DNA of 63,556 nucleotides, the filler included. It is 4 parts of 4 records of this genome, joined end to end, with 100 filler letters (N's around TTAATTAATTAA, not from the genome) between each part and the next. Parts side by side here need not be neighbours in the genome. Positions count along the whole stretch, not along the records: positions 29,526 to 44,183 come from SRR22947725_2683; positions 44,284 to 53,268 come from SRR22947725_2685; 2 more parts are not named here. One strand, written 5' to 3'. The position numbers were made by a program, and so were the translations under genes. This document shows positions 39,705-48,808 of this stretch, piece by piece. Every line of letters begins with the position of its first letter. Position 1 is the first letter of the stretch. A model generated the notes under the pieces. It saw only the letters and a program-made list of their open reading frames with translations. It had not been told where the DNA came from and did no database searches.

Positions 39705-40287
39705 CTTGTTGCTCTTTGAGAGGTTTGAGGTTGATGGAGGTTATATGGGTATCCTCGTCAATGACAAAAGGGACTTTGCCATCATTATTTACAGCGATGG
39801 ACTCATCATTCTCATCTTTGTCCTGATCAATTAGGGCATAGCGTGCGACGACAGTCGTGCCATTGGGGCCAACAGAGAGTAAAAATTCTTCTTCGTAAGC
39901 TCGAACAAGAGTTAAGTAGTTTTTGTTGTCGAGGGGGAGGCGGCTAAAGACTCTCAATGGATTTGTTTTGCCATTTGTGTAAATACGGCTATTGACTTTT
40001 TTTAAGACATAAAAAATGAGTACAATTAAACCCACTACGGCGGCAAGAGATAGGCAGGTCTTGAGCATTACATCGCCGGATTCATTATTTTTATTGCCAG
40101 TAAGTCCTATAGAGTCCCTGTGTTCTTTTGACCCAAAACCTTTTGATTTAATAGATGGTTCAGGGCTGCTGTTATCTTGGGTTAATGAGGTCTCGGCTTT
40201 GGGCGCCGCCGGAGTGCCATCTTGAGGAAAAAGTATCCCAGTAGTGGCAAAGAATGCAGTAATAAAAGTTATAAGTAAATTTTTCAT
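39691..40287 (-). CDS. fliO: Flagellar protein FliO/FliZ
   Basis: Signal peptide, one TM helix, then an LRV.SRLPLD.K..L.LVR..EEEFLLSVG beta domain. Lies directly upstream of fliP. Confidence 0.8.
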   Translation of the reverse strand: MKNLLITFITAFFATTGILFPQDGTPAAPKAETSLTQDNSSPEPSIKSKGFGSKEHRDSIGLTGNKNNESGDVMLKTCLSLAAVVGLIVLIFYVLKKVNSRIYTNGKTNPLRVFSRLPLDNKNYLTLVRAYEEEFLLSVGPNGTTVVARYALIDQDKDENDESIAVNNDGKVPFVIDEDTHITSINLKPLKEQQDEKI

Positions 40288-40300
40288 AGTTATGGCTGCC

Positions 40301-40315
40301 GCACTGTTTGTGCCA
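40301..40315 (-). promoter_or_regulatory. Sigma-54 promoter upstream of fliO
   Basis: Minus strand TGGCAC-AAACA-GTGC (GG-N10-GC). Confidence 0.7.
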
Positions 40316-40466
40316 CCTCTTTATTTTAGTAGTCGTGGTCTGTTTATGTATATTTGTAATATATTGTAAATTAAATACTTAAAAATATTTATATTTTCTT
40401 ATTTGGTCAGTACGACTTATGTTTCTTGCTGAGACTGTAGGATTTTATTTATTAACTGTAAGTATT

Positions 40467-40481
40467 AGGCACGGGCCATGC
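40467..40481 (+). promoter_or_regulatory. Sigma-54 promoter upstream of the maf-like gene
   Basis: AGGCAC-GGGCC-ATGC (GG-N10-GC). Confidence 0.6.
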
Positions 40482-40509
40482 GCTATTTACTAAATTATAA
40501 AAATATAGT

Positions 40510-41805
40510 TTGAGAAATAAGGTGCTTGGAATGGTAAGAAGTGAATGGAAATATGAGTCAACTGAAGGTGGTGTTGAGCAGTTTGTTCTGATCCAGCAAA
40601 GTGGTCGACGAAAATTTTCTGAAAATCCATCTATGCCAGAATCAGAGCTCCTTGCTTTTTTAGATGAAGAAAAATCGCTTGAAGTTTTGTTATTACCTCC
40701 TTGTTCTAAGGTAACACTGTCAGAGGCACAAAAGCATGTTGCGGAGGTGATAGTAGTTGATCACGATAAGAGCCGATTAAGCAAGTTCCTTGAATACAAC
40801 CCCACTGTAGAGTGTTATTTAGTTAAGTCAGAAGCTGATTTGCGATTTATTTTAGCGAGTAAAAAGGATTTACTTGAGCGCGCCTTAGTGAGAGCCTATA
40901 TCCCCAGTCGTTATGCACGTCTTGATTCAGTTATCTGTAAGCTTTTGACAGTTGATTTATTAAATTTACAAAAAGAGTATGCAAGTTTTGCCGTTAGTCG
41001 TTCTTTAAAAAGGTGGCATACCAATACTAATTTGGTCATGAACTTAAAGAGTTTAGTGAAGTCATTAAAAGAATTCCCTAAATTACAAGAGCCGTTTGTT
41101 ATAGTTGGGGCTGGGCCTTCTTTAGATTATACGGTTAGGGATCTTAAAAAATATGAAAATAAGGCTCGTATAGTTGCCACAGACGGGGCGCTTCAGAGTT
41201 TATGTGCGCATGGCATAAAACCAGACTTTATTGTTTCGGCGGAAGATACACTAATGTCGTGGCGTTTTTTTGCAGGCCAGCAAGAGTTTTTAAAGGATGT
41301 ACCACTCGTCCTTAACTCTAAGGGTAATAACCTTTTAATGAGAAATTATAAAGGGCCTGTTATTATAACGAGAGAATCGTCTGCGGAATCATGGGCTATC
41401 CCCTTTATTGAAGAATTACCTATTCTCGAGTGTGGGAGGTGCGTTGGTCATATGGCTTATAATTTGGCGGTCGCTTGTTCTGCTTCAGAAATAATCATGA
41501 CTGGGTTTGATTTGGCTTATCGAGGCGAAGTGTTTCACCCTAAAAATATGCCGGTGCCTTATTACCACGGTATGGTTGAACCGGAAATACAGTCTGTTTT
41601 AGGAGTTAATGGGCAGTATTTGAAAACAGATATAACGATGAAAACTTTTTTACGTGATTTTGAGTGGATGATTGAGCATACGGCTGTGCCTGTTTATGAT
41701 GCAACAGAAGGTGGGGCTCTTAAAAAAGGTACCGAGCCTGTTACACCAAATCTAAATAATTTCATTTTATATCCTCTACATTTAAATCTTTTGGGAAAAA
41801 CTTAA
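40510..41805 (+). CDS. Motility-associated factor (Maf/DUF115, MptE-like domain), putative flagellin glycosyltransferase; C-terminus probably chimeric after about 41736
   Basis: IVGAGPSLD, ATDGA, GIKPDFIV, GFDLAY and YDATEGGA motifs, next to the flagellar operon. Confidence 0.8.
   Translation: MRNKVLGMVRSEWKYESTEGGVEQFVLIQQSGRRKFSENPSMPESELLAFLDEEKSLEVLLLPPCSKVTLSEAQKHVAEVIVVDHDKSRLSKFLEYNPTVECYLVKSEADLRFILASKKDLLERALVRAYIPSRYARLDSVICKLLTVDLLNLQKEYASFAVSRSLKRWHTNTNLVMNLKSLVKSLKEFPKLQEPFVIVGAGPSLDYTVRDLKKYENKARIVATDGALQSLCAHGIKPDFIVSAEDTLMSWRFFAGQQEFLKDVPLVLNSKGNNLLMRNYKGPVIITRESSAESWAIPFIEELPILECGRCVGHMAYNLAVACSASEIIMTGFDLAYRGEVFHPKNMPVPYYHGMVEPEIQSVLGVNGQYLKTDITMKTFLRDFEWMIEHTAVPVYDATEGGALKKGTEPVTPNLNNFILYPLHLNLLGKT
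41694..41765 (-). pseudogene. Truncated 5' end of a fumarylacetoacetate-hydrolase-family gene
   Basis: AGAGGA RBS then ATG at 41765: MKLFRFGVTGS, a typical FAH-family N-terminus downstream of the SDR. It runs into antisense maf sequence and stops after 23 codons. Confidence 0.55.
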
Positions 41806-42578
41806 GCTTTCAGAGTATTGAACCCACCATCAATCAAGTAATCTGAACCCGTAATAAACTCTGCTTCATCAGAGGCCAAAAATAACGCCAAAGAAGCTAT
41901 TTCCTCTGGTTTCCCCATACGCCCAATAGGCTGAGTTGCCGACAATTTTTCAAACATCTCTTGCTCCTGGCCTGGATAAGTCTTCGCTAGATAACCATCT
42001 ACAAAAGGCGTATGAACGCGTGCCGGAGAAATAGAATTACAGCGAATATTCTCTTTAAGGTAATCAACGGCAACAGACTTAGTCATACTATAAACAGCAC
42101 CTTTACTCATGCTGTAAGCAAAGCGATCTTGTATACCAATCGTCGCTGCGATAGAGACCATATTGACTATTGATCCACCGCCATTATTGAGAAAGCACTT
42201 CACTGCAGCATTTAAGCAATTGAACGCACCTTTGATATTGACAGAATAGATCCGGTCCATATCCTCTGCTTCAACTTCATGAACTTTACCGATATGAGCG
42301 ATGCCGGCATTATTCACTAAAGTTGTCACACGACCCAATTCTTTTTCTATTTCTGTAAAAACATCGCTTACTTCCTGAAAGTCGGCCACATTACAGGTAA
42401 AAGCCTGAGCTTGACCACCAGTTTCTGTTATAGCACTAACAACTTTCTCAGCATTATCTTTATTTAAATCAACAACGGCGACTTTGGCGCCTTCTTGAGC
42501 GAAGCGCAATGCGATGGCTTCACCAATACCCGAACCACTGCCAGTAACCACAGCAACTTTTTGATTCAATCTACTCAT
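41802..42578 (-). CDS. SDR oxidoreductase, 2-keto-3-deoxy-L-fuconate dehydrogenase-like
   Basis: TGSGSGIG, NNAGIAHIG, DRFAYSMSKGA (YxxxK) and PARVHTPFVDGY motifs. Confidence 0.8.
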   Translation of the reverse strand: MSRLNQKVAVVTGSGSGIGEAIALRFAQEGAKVAVVDLNKDNAEKVVSAITETGGQAQAFTCNVADFQEVSDVFTEIEKELGRVTTLVNNAGIAHIGKVHEVEAEDMDRIYSVNIKGAFNCLNAAVKCFLNNGGGSIVNMVSIAATIGIQDRFAYSMSKGAVYSMTKSVAVDYLKENIRCNSISPARVHTPFVDGYLAKTYPGQEQEMFEKLSATQPIGRMGKPEEIASLALFLASDEAEFITGSDYLIDGGFNTLKA

Positions 42579-42587
42579 AATCTTTCC

Positions 42588-43172
42588 TTAATCTTCAACA
42601 ATTAAAACTTGTAGTGAACGGGCCCCATGAGCACCAATCACTAAGCACTGCTCTATATCCGCGGTTTTTGAAGGCCCTGAAATAAATCCCGTAAATGAGC
42701 TCAGCTTCATCTTTCCTAATTCGTCATAGGCCTCATGCATGTGGCTGACTATACGGCTCTTCTTAACACGCACGATTAAATGTTGCGCCAGAAAATAAAC
42801 TGAGCGAAATTTAAAATCTTCTGCATGAGTCAAAAAGGCGCCATTTTCAGCAACGGCTAATTCAGCATCAAAACACGCGTAATCGATATCTTTCATTTCG
42901 TGCTCTGTCGTGATTTCATCTGGGGAGCAATCTTGATGTGGAATTTCTGGGATCGCTGATAAGACTTTCGAATCACCGACAATTTCGTAATGATCTTTTA
43001 ACGCTTCGCCTTGAGGAACTATCTTTGCCATCCCACCAACAGCCGCTAATAGATCACAAAACTGAGCGACTGGATCTTCAAAGTGAATTTTTGAAAAGGA
43101 TATATCAGGCGTCGGAACACTTTCCGGTTGATTACTACGAATAGATGCCAAAATTTTATCTCGAGAACTCAT
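42588..43172 (-). CDS. lutC: Lactate utilisation protein C (LUD domain)
   Basis: MSSRDKIL, AVAENGA and FISGPSKTADIEQ.LVIGAHG motifs. Confidence 0.88.
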   Translation of the reverse strand: MSSRDKILASIRSNQPESVPTPDISFSKIHFEDPVAQFCDLLAAVGGMAKIVPQGEALKDHYEIVGDSKVLSAIPEIPHQDCSPDEITTEHEMKDIDYACFDAELAVAENGAFLTHAEDFKFRSVYFLAQHLIVRVKKSRIVSHMHEAYDELGKMKLSSFTGFISGPSKTADIEQCLVIGAHGARSLQVLIVED

Positions 43173-44183
43173 TTTTTATTCTCCCTTTCCTGCATCATCT
43201 GCTTAAAAGTCTTTTTAGGAAGCTCTGGTAATTCGCGATCTTTACCCCAATCATTCAGGGAATTGTAAATCATAAATCTTGGCATCTTCAAAGCAATACG
43301 AGAAAACTTGCCCGCCACTTTGTACAAGGTAGGACTACTCAGGACTTTACCGGCAGCTTTCATCGCCACCCTTTTAGTCATTGGTAACTGCTTGCGTTCC
43401 GCGACTTTTTTACGCAAAGCAAGAAGTTCATCATGTAAATCAATCTTAACTGGGCAAACATTCGTACAAGAAGCACATAAAGTACAAGCAAAAGGAAGAC
43501 TCTTGTGTTCCTTTGAATCTCGAGATGGCCCCAGTATAGAACCAATTGGGCCCGGTACGATATAACTATAACTATGGCCTCCACTACGACGATAAACGGG
43601 ACATGTATTCATACAGGCTCCACAACGAATACAACTAAGAGAGCGCCTAAACTCTGGCTGACCCATAATTTCAGTACGGCCATTATTAACAATCACTATA
43701 TGCATCTCGCCGCCTTCGCGAGGTTCGTGAAAGTGGGATGTATAAGTAGTAATAGGCTGGCCTGTCGCGGAACGAGCCAATAATCGAGTAAATACGGCAA
43801 GGTCACTTAACTTAGGAATGATTTTCTCCATTCCCATACAAGCGATATGAAGCTTTGGCAGAGAAGTCCCAAGGTCGGCATTGCCCTCATTTGTACAAAC
43901 AACGACACTGCCTGTTTCGGCAACGGCAAAATTAACGCCAGTTAAACCGGCATCGGCTTCTAGAAATCTTTTGCGCAAATCCATTCGTGCTTGATAGGTC
44001 AAATAATCCGGATCGATATTGCCTTTTTCAGTACCCATTTTTTCGTGGAATAAGTCAGATATCTCTTCGCGCTTAGTATGGATCGCCGGCATAACAATAT
44101 GACTGGGTTTTTCTTCGCGCAATTGAACTATACGCTCCCCAAGGTCAGTATCGACAACCTCTATACCGCGCTCTTCAAGATAA
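43169..44183 (-). CDS. lutB: Lactate utilisation protein B (Fe-S), 5'-truncated by the gap
   Basis: PSHIVMPAIH, TNEGNAD, LARSATGQ, CIRCGACMNTCP and CTLCASCTNVCP motifs. Confidence 0.92.
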
Positions 44184-44283
44184 NNNNNNNNNNNNNNNNN
44201 NNNNNNNNNNNNNNNNNNNNNNNNNNNTTAATTAATTAANNNNNNNNNNNNNNNNNNNNNNNNNNNNNNNNNNNNNNNNNNNN
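44184..44283. other. Artificial contig linker
   Basis: 44 N + TTAATTAATTAA + 44 N. Confidence 0.97.
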
Positions 44284-44285
44284 TC

Positions 44286-45437
44286 GGAGAGCTCACCGCC
44301 TCAGAAGGCCGGGGTCAAGCGGTTGAGATTCAGGCCACGTCCGTTGCGGTTCATGGTTGGGTCGATGATCCCGAAACCTATCCGATCGCCAAGAAGCGGC
44401 ACACGTTTGAGTATCTGCGGAGCGTTGCCCATCTTCGTCCCAGAACCAACACCTTTGGTGCAATCACTCGCGTCCGAACGGTTCTGGCGAATGCGATCCA
44501 CAATTATTTTTTTCAAAACGGATTTCATTGGATCAACACCCCGTTAATCACAGCAAGCGACTGTGAAGGCGCGGGTGAACTGTTTCGCGTGAGCACCTTA
44601 GACCTGGTCAATCAAAAAGATGTCAGTTTTGAAGATGATTTTTTTGGCAAGGAAGCCTTCCTCACCGTTTCTGGACAATTAAATGTCGAGGCCTATTGCC
44701 TTGCCATGAGCAAAGTCTACACCTTTGGCCCAACCTTTCGGGCTGAAAACTCCAACACCTCACGCCACCTGGCTGAATTTTGGATGGTTGAGCCTGAGAT
44801 TGCCTTCTCCGATCTGGCCGACAATGCCGATCTGGCTGAGGCGCTTTTAAAACACTGCTTGAAAGCAGTCCTCGAGCACTGCCAGCAGGACATCGATTTC
44901 TTCAATGAGCGGATCGATAACACCGTTCGAAGTCGTCTTGAAACCGTCGTGCAGGCGCCTTTTGAGCGGATGTCGTACACACAGGCCATTACAATTCTAG
45001 AGGCTTCGGGTAAAAAATTCGATTTCCCAGTGGCCTGGGGCCGAGATCTACAAAGCGAGCATGAACGCTTTCTCGCTGAAACCCATGTCGGCCGACCCGT
45101 CGTCCTATTAGACTACCCGAGGGATATCAAAGCCTTTTATATGCGTCTGAATGACGATGAAAAAACGGTGGCCGCGATGGATGTGCTCGCGCCGGGAATT
45201 GGCGAAATCATTGGGGGCAGTCAGCGTGAGGAGCGCTTAGACGTCTTGGACGCAAGGATACCCGATGAAGCGATGCGAGAGAGCTTATGGTGGTATCGAG
45301 ATCTTAGGCGTTACGGCACAGTTCCCCATGCTGGCTTTGGCTTAGGCTTTGAACGACTGCTGAACTATGTGACCGGCATGGACAACATCCGAGATGCTAT
45401 CCCCTTCCCAAGAACACCCGGTCACGCGGACTTTTAG
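44286..45437 (+). CDS. asnS: Asparagine-tRNA ligase, 5'-truncated
   Basis: Frame is open from the contig start ([11 protein letters not shown]), with [32 protein letters not shown] and [11 protein letters not shown]. Confidence 0.95.
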   Translation, partial: GELTASEGRGQAVEIQATSVAVHGWVDDPETYPIAKKRHTFEYLRSVAHLRPRTNTFGAITRVRTVLANAIHNYFFQNGFHWINTPLITASDCEGAGELFRVSTLDLVNQKDVSFEDDFFGKEAFLTVSGQLNVEAYCLAMSKVYTFGPTFRAENSNTSRHLAEFWMVEPEIAFSDLADNADLAEALLKHCLKAVLEHCQQDIDFFNERIDNTVRSRLETVVQAPFERMSYTQAITILEASGKKFDFPVAWGRDLQSEHERFLAETHVGRPVVLLDYPRDIKAFYMRLNDDEKTVAAMDVLAPGIGEIIGGSQREERLDVLDARIPDEAMRESLWWYRDLRRYGTVPHAGFGLGFERLLNYVTGMDNIRDAIPFPRTPGHADF

Positions 45438-45440
45438 AGC

Positions 45441-46124
45441 TTACCCACCCATCATCATTTTCCAGGTTTCAGGGTCTTTGATCTTGAGATAGGTGTTGCT
45501 GCGCTTGGTTTCGCCCATCGTGGCATGGGGCACCGCACTGTAATTGTGTCCGGGCAGTAACAACGTGTCATCGGGCAAGCTCGCCAGCTGCTGCAAGCTC
45601 CGAAACATGTCCTCGGTGTTCGACCCTGGCAGATCCACCCGCCCGCAACCGTCAATAAAGAGCGTGTCTCCTGAGATTAAGGTGTTTTTAACTCGAAAGC
45701 ATTGTGACCCTGGCGTGTGACCTGGGGTGTGCAGAAACTCGATTTCGATATCGCCGATTTTCAGTTTTTGACCTGAGGTCACTTTTTTAATATCCGTGTC
45801 AGATATACCGGTGACTTTCTTCACGCCCGCCGCTTCGTGTTCATTGGCATAAATCGGAACACTGTGATGTTCGAGTAAGCGGCTAACCCCCTCGACCGTA
45901 TTGTGTCCAAAACTACCGCCACAGTGATCAGGGTGGTAATGGGTCAAGAGCGCGCCGGTTAATATGTAATCACGCTCCTCAATCATGCCCAACAATCCAG
46001 GAATATCCCAAGCAGGATCCACAACGACAACCTCTCTTGTTGTACGATCTCCAACTAAATACGCAAAATTCTGCATTGGCCCGATTTGGATTTGTTCTAT
46101 GATCAATTGTTCCGCGACTTGCAT
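45441..46124 (-). CDS. Metallo-beta-lactamase fold hydrolase (glyoxalase II/ETHE1-like)
   Basis: THYHPDHCGG, HTPGHTPG, GDTLF..GCGRVD and PGHNY motifs, with an AAGGAG RBS. Confidence 0.88.
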   Translation of the reverse strand: MQVAEQLIIEQIQIGPMQNFAYLVGDRTTREVVVVDPAWDIPGLLGMIEERDYILTGALLTHYHPDHCGGSFGHNTVEGVSRLLEHHSVPIYANEHEAAGVKKVTGISDTDIKKVTSGQKLKIGDIEIEFLHTPGHTPGSQCFRVKNTLISGDTLFIDGCGRVDLPGSNTEDMFRSLQQLASLPDDTLLLPGHNYSAVPHATMGETKRSNTYLKIKDPETWKMMMGG

Positions 46125-46134
46125 ATTGGTCTCC

Positions 46135-46488
46135 TTATTCGACGGCCGCAGTGACCGCAATTTCTACCTTTAATGCCGGCACCACCAGCTTCGACTCAAC
46201 ACAGGCTCGGGTTGGGGACGCCCCAGGGGTAACCCATGCATCCCAAACGGTGTTGAATTCTGAAAAATCATTGATATCCGATAACCAGATCTGCGCCGTT
46301 AGCAACTTGGACTTATCCGTGCCCGCAGCAGCCAGCAAGGCCTCGATTTCTGACAAGATTTCCTGCGCCTGCTCAGCGACGGATCCGCCCGCAGTAATCT
46401 TTGCAACCTGGCCAGCAGTCGTCAAAAGTCCCCCATAGACGACCGCTTGACTCATTCTTGGGTTGGTTTTTAGCCGTTTAATTTCCAT
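46135..46488 (-). CDS. RidA/YjgF family protein (YoaB-like)
   Basis: RMSQAV, AGQV, N.VWDAWV..G..PTRACVE and VEIAVTAA motifs. Confidence 0.88.
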   Translation of the reverse strand: MEIKRLKTNPRMSQAVVYGGLLTTAGQVAKITAGGSVAEQAQEILSEIEALLAAAGTDKSKLLTAQIWLSDINDFSEFNTVWDAWVTPGASPTRACVESKLVVPALKVEIAVTAAVE

Positions 46489-46547
46489 TACATTGTCCTT
46501 GTAGGTCACCATCTTTAGTCCTGCATGCTACCACGTTGCCTGGCCTC

Positions 46548-47129
46548 TTAAAGCGTGGCCGACGCAAGCATCGATCGGCAAGGGGCAAAGGTCCGCCGAT
46601 GATGCGGCGTTAATCCAAGCGTGCTGAGGGCAGCGCGATGTTTCAATGTCGGATACCCCTTATGGGCCGCAAACCCATAACCTGGAAATTCTCTATCTAA
46701 GGCCACCATTTCGGCATCCCGAGCAACCTTTGCGATAATGGATGCTGCCTGAATCGCGCCAACAACCTGATCGCCCTTTACGATCCAGCGACCAATGCAC
46801 GATATCTTGGGTAACCGATTACCATCAACTAAAGCCAATTCTGGCGAGACCGTTAGGCCATCAAGCGCCCGCGTCATCGCCAACAAACTGGCTTGTAAAA
46901 TATTGAGCGTATCGATCTCATCAACTTCGGCTCGTCCGATGGCCCAAGCGGTAGCGCTGTGTTTGATACGCTCATCCAAGCGACGACGACTAGCTTCCGA
47001 GACGGCTTTTGAGTCTTTCAACCCCAAGACGGGGTCCGCGCGATCCAGAATGACGGCCGCGGCGACGACGGGCCCTGCAATGGGCCCACGGCCGACTTCA
47101 TCTAGGCCTGCAATCCGAAGACCCATCAT
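46548..47129 (-). CDS. rnhB: Ribonuclease HII
   Basis: [32 protein letters not shown] and HKGYPT motifs. Confidence 0.95.
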   Translation of the reverse strand: MMGLRIAGLDEVGRGPIAGPVVAAAVILDRADPVLGLKDSKAVSEASRRRLDERIKHSATAWAIGRAEVDEIDTLNILQASLLAMTRALDGLTVSPELALVDGNRLPKISCIGRWIVKGDQVVGAIQAASIIAKVARDAEMVALDREFPGYGFAAHKGYPTLKHRAALSTLGLTPHHRRTFAPCRSMLASATL

Positions 47130-48292
47130 ACGCTTTGACGACTCGCCGCGAGCGCAATGATGGGTTGCGCCGCTTGCCGCCTGAGGTCCCCTTTCAGCGT
47201 CAGATGAATGGCATCAAAGGCTGCTTGCAGTCGGACTGGTTCCGCTTGGTCTAAAAGCCGCTCTAAGGCTGCCACTAGATTAGGGCCTGTAACCTGATCC
47301 TGAATAAACTCCTCAACCAGCGCCTCACCCGATAAAATATTCGGGAGGGCAAAATGCCTCGCCTCAACCATTCTTGAGACCAACCAATAGGTCATTGGGC
47401 CTAGTCGGTAAGCCATTACCATGGGTTTTCGAAGCAGCATTGCTTCAAGGGTCGCGGTTCCAGAATTCACCATCACCGCGTCGCTTGCCGCCATGACCGT
47501 TAACGCGTTCCCCACCTCGACCTGAATAACACTGCTCGCGCCGGAGGCTTGAATCAAATCTCGAATCTCCTGCGCCCTTACCGGATTAGCTGCTGCAACC
47601 AAAAATCGTATTGAGCGCGTCAATAACAATTGATTCGCAGCTGCTAAATAAGCCGGCATCATCGACGCCACTTCAGAACGCCGACTGCCCGGCAAAAGCG
47701 CAATCACCTGCTCACCGGACGCAATGCCCAAGGCCGTGCGCGCCTCGGCATTGCGCGTCTGCGCGTTGTCATTCTGAATCAATTGCGCCTTTGGATGCCC
47801 AACAAATCGCACCGGGATACCGAACTGCTCATAGATCTCGGTCTCAAACGGGTAGAGCGTCAACATCAGATCAACCCGGCGCTTAATCGAATGAATCCGG
47901 CCTTTGCGCCATGCCCAGACAGATGGTGAGACATAGTGTACTGTGGGGATCTGAGCGCGCTTGAGCAAACCCGCCAATAAGAGGTTAAAAAAGTTGAAAT
48001 CAACGCCAATAAACGCCGCCGGCTGAAGCGCCAAACAGCGACGACGAAGGCGCCAGATCAGGTTAATCAGCATTGGCAATTTCAGAAGCGGTGCAACGAA
48101 CCCATTGACGGACAAAGCTTCAATATCGAACCAGACGGTGAGTCCAGCCGCTTGCATCAATTGACCGCCGACGCCCGAGAACTGCGCATTAGGTTGTTCT
48201 GCTCTGATGGCCAACATCAGATCTGCACCGAGCGCATCACCCGACGGCTCGCCCGCAACAAGGACATAGTGGCTAGCCGACTCGAGCGCCAC
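47126..48292 (-). CDS. lpxB: Lipid A disaccharide synthase
   Basis: [32 protein letters not shown] and SGTATLE motifs. Confidence 0.95.
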   Translation of the reverse strand: MALESASHYVLVAGEPSGDALGADLMLAIRAEQPNAQFSGVGGQLMQAAGLTVWFDIEALSVNGFVAPLLKLPMLINLIWRLRRRCLALQPAAFIGVDFNFFNLLLAGLLKRAQIPTVHYVSPSVWAWRKGRIHSIKRRVDLMLTLYPFETEIYEQFGIPVRFVGHPKAQLIQNDNAQTRNAEARTALGIASGEQVIALLPGSRRSEVASMMPAYLAAANQLLLTRSIRFLVAAANPVRAQEIRDLIQASGASSVIQVEVGNALTVMAASDAVMVNSGTATLEAMLLRKPMVMAYRLGPMTYWLVSRMVEARHFALPNILSGEALVEEFIQDQVTGPNLVAALERLLDQAEPVRLQAAFDAIHLTLKGDLRRQAAQPIIALAASRQSV

Positions 48293-48300
48293 TTTTTAGG

Positions 48301-48738
48301 TCAACTCGCTCTCTGTTCAGCACACGTCAACAACGTCGAGCATGCCAATCGATCACCAACAAAGGCTTTGCCTTGGGCTTTCATCCAATGGCTGCGAAGA
48401 TTGAGGATTTCAACTTCCAATCGCATTTGGTCTCCCGGGACCACGGAACTTTTAAACTTCGTCTTATCCGTGCCCGCCAAATAATAGATATAACCATCAT
48501 CAAGGGTTCTACCACGCGAGGCAAATGCTAAAATACCGGCGGCCTGCGCAAGGGCTTCAACAATCATCACACCAGGAAAAACCGGTGTAGCAGGAAAATG
48601 TCCTGTGAAGACCTGCTCGTTGATGGAGACATTTTTGATGCACACAATTCGTTTGTCATCAACGATTTCGATCACTCGATCCACCAGCAAAAAAGGGTAT
48701 CGATGCGGCAATAATTTCCAAATATCCGTTGTTTCCAT
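48301..48738 (-). CDS. fabZ: 3-hydroxyacyl-ACP dehydratase
   Basis: LPHRYPFLLVDR, KNVSINE..F.GHFP and PGVMIVEALAQ motifs, with a GGAG RBS. Confidence 0.95.
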   Translation of the reverse strand: METTDIWKLLPHRYPFLLVDRVIEIVDDKRIVCIKNVSINEQVFTGHFPATPVFPGVMIVEALAQAAGILAFASRGRTLDDGYIYYLAGTDKTKFKSSVVPGDQMRLEVEILNLRSHWMKAQGKAFVGDRLACSTLLTCAEQRAS

Positions 48739-48808
48739 AACTGCTCCATTGCCGTGAACGTGGCGATGATTGTTTAACTCGTTAAAGGAACCGACCAATC
48801 AAGGGTTT

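Noticed and set aside
34647-40287. Possible non-flagellar type III secretion system (FHA protein nearby)
   Set aside because: fliO, flhF, flhG and fliA in the same operon identify the export genes as flagellar.
41734-41752. GAGCCTGTTACACC resembling an IS5-family terminal repeat
   Set aside because: No transposase or partner repeat. It is better explained as the antisense of the FAH gene start.
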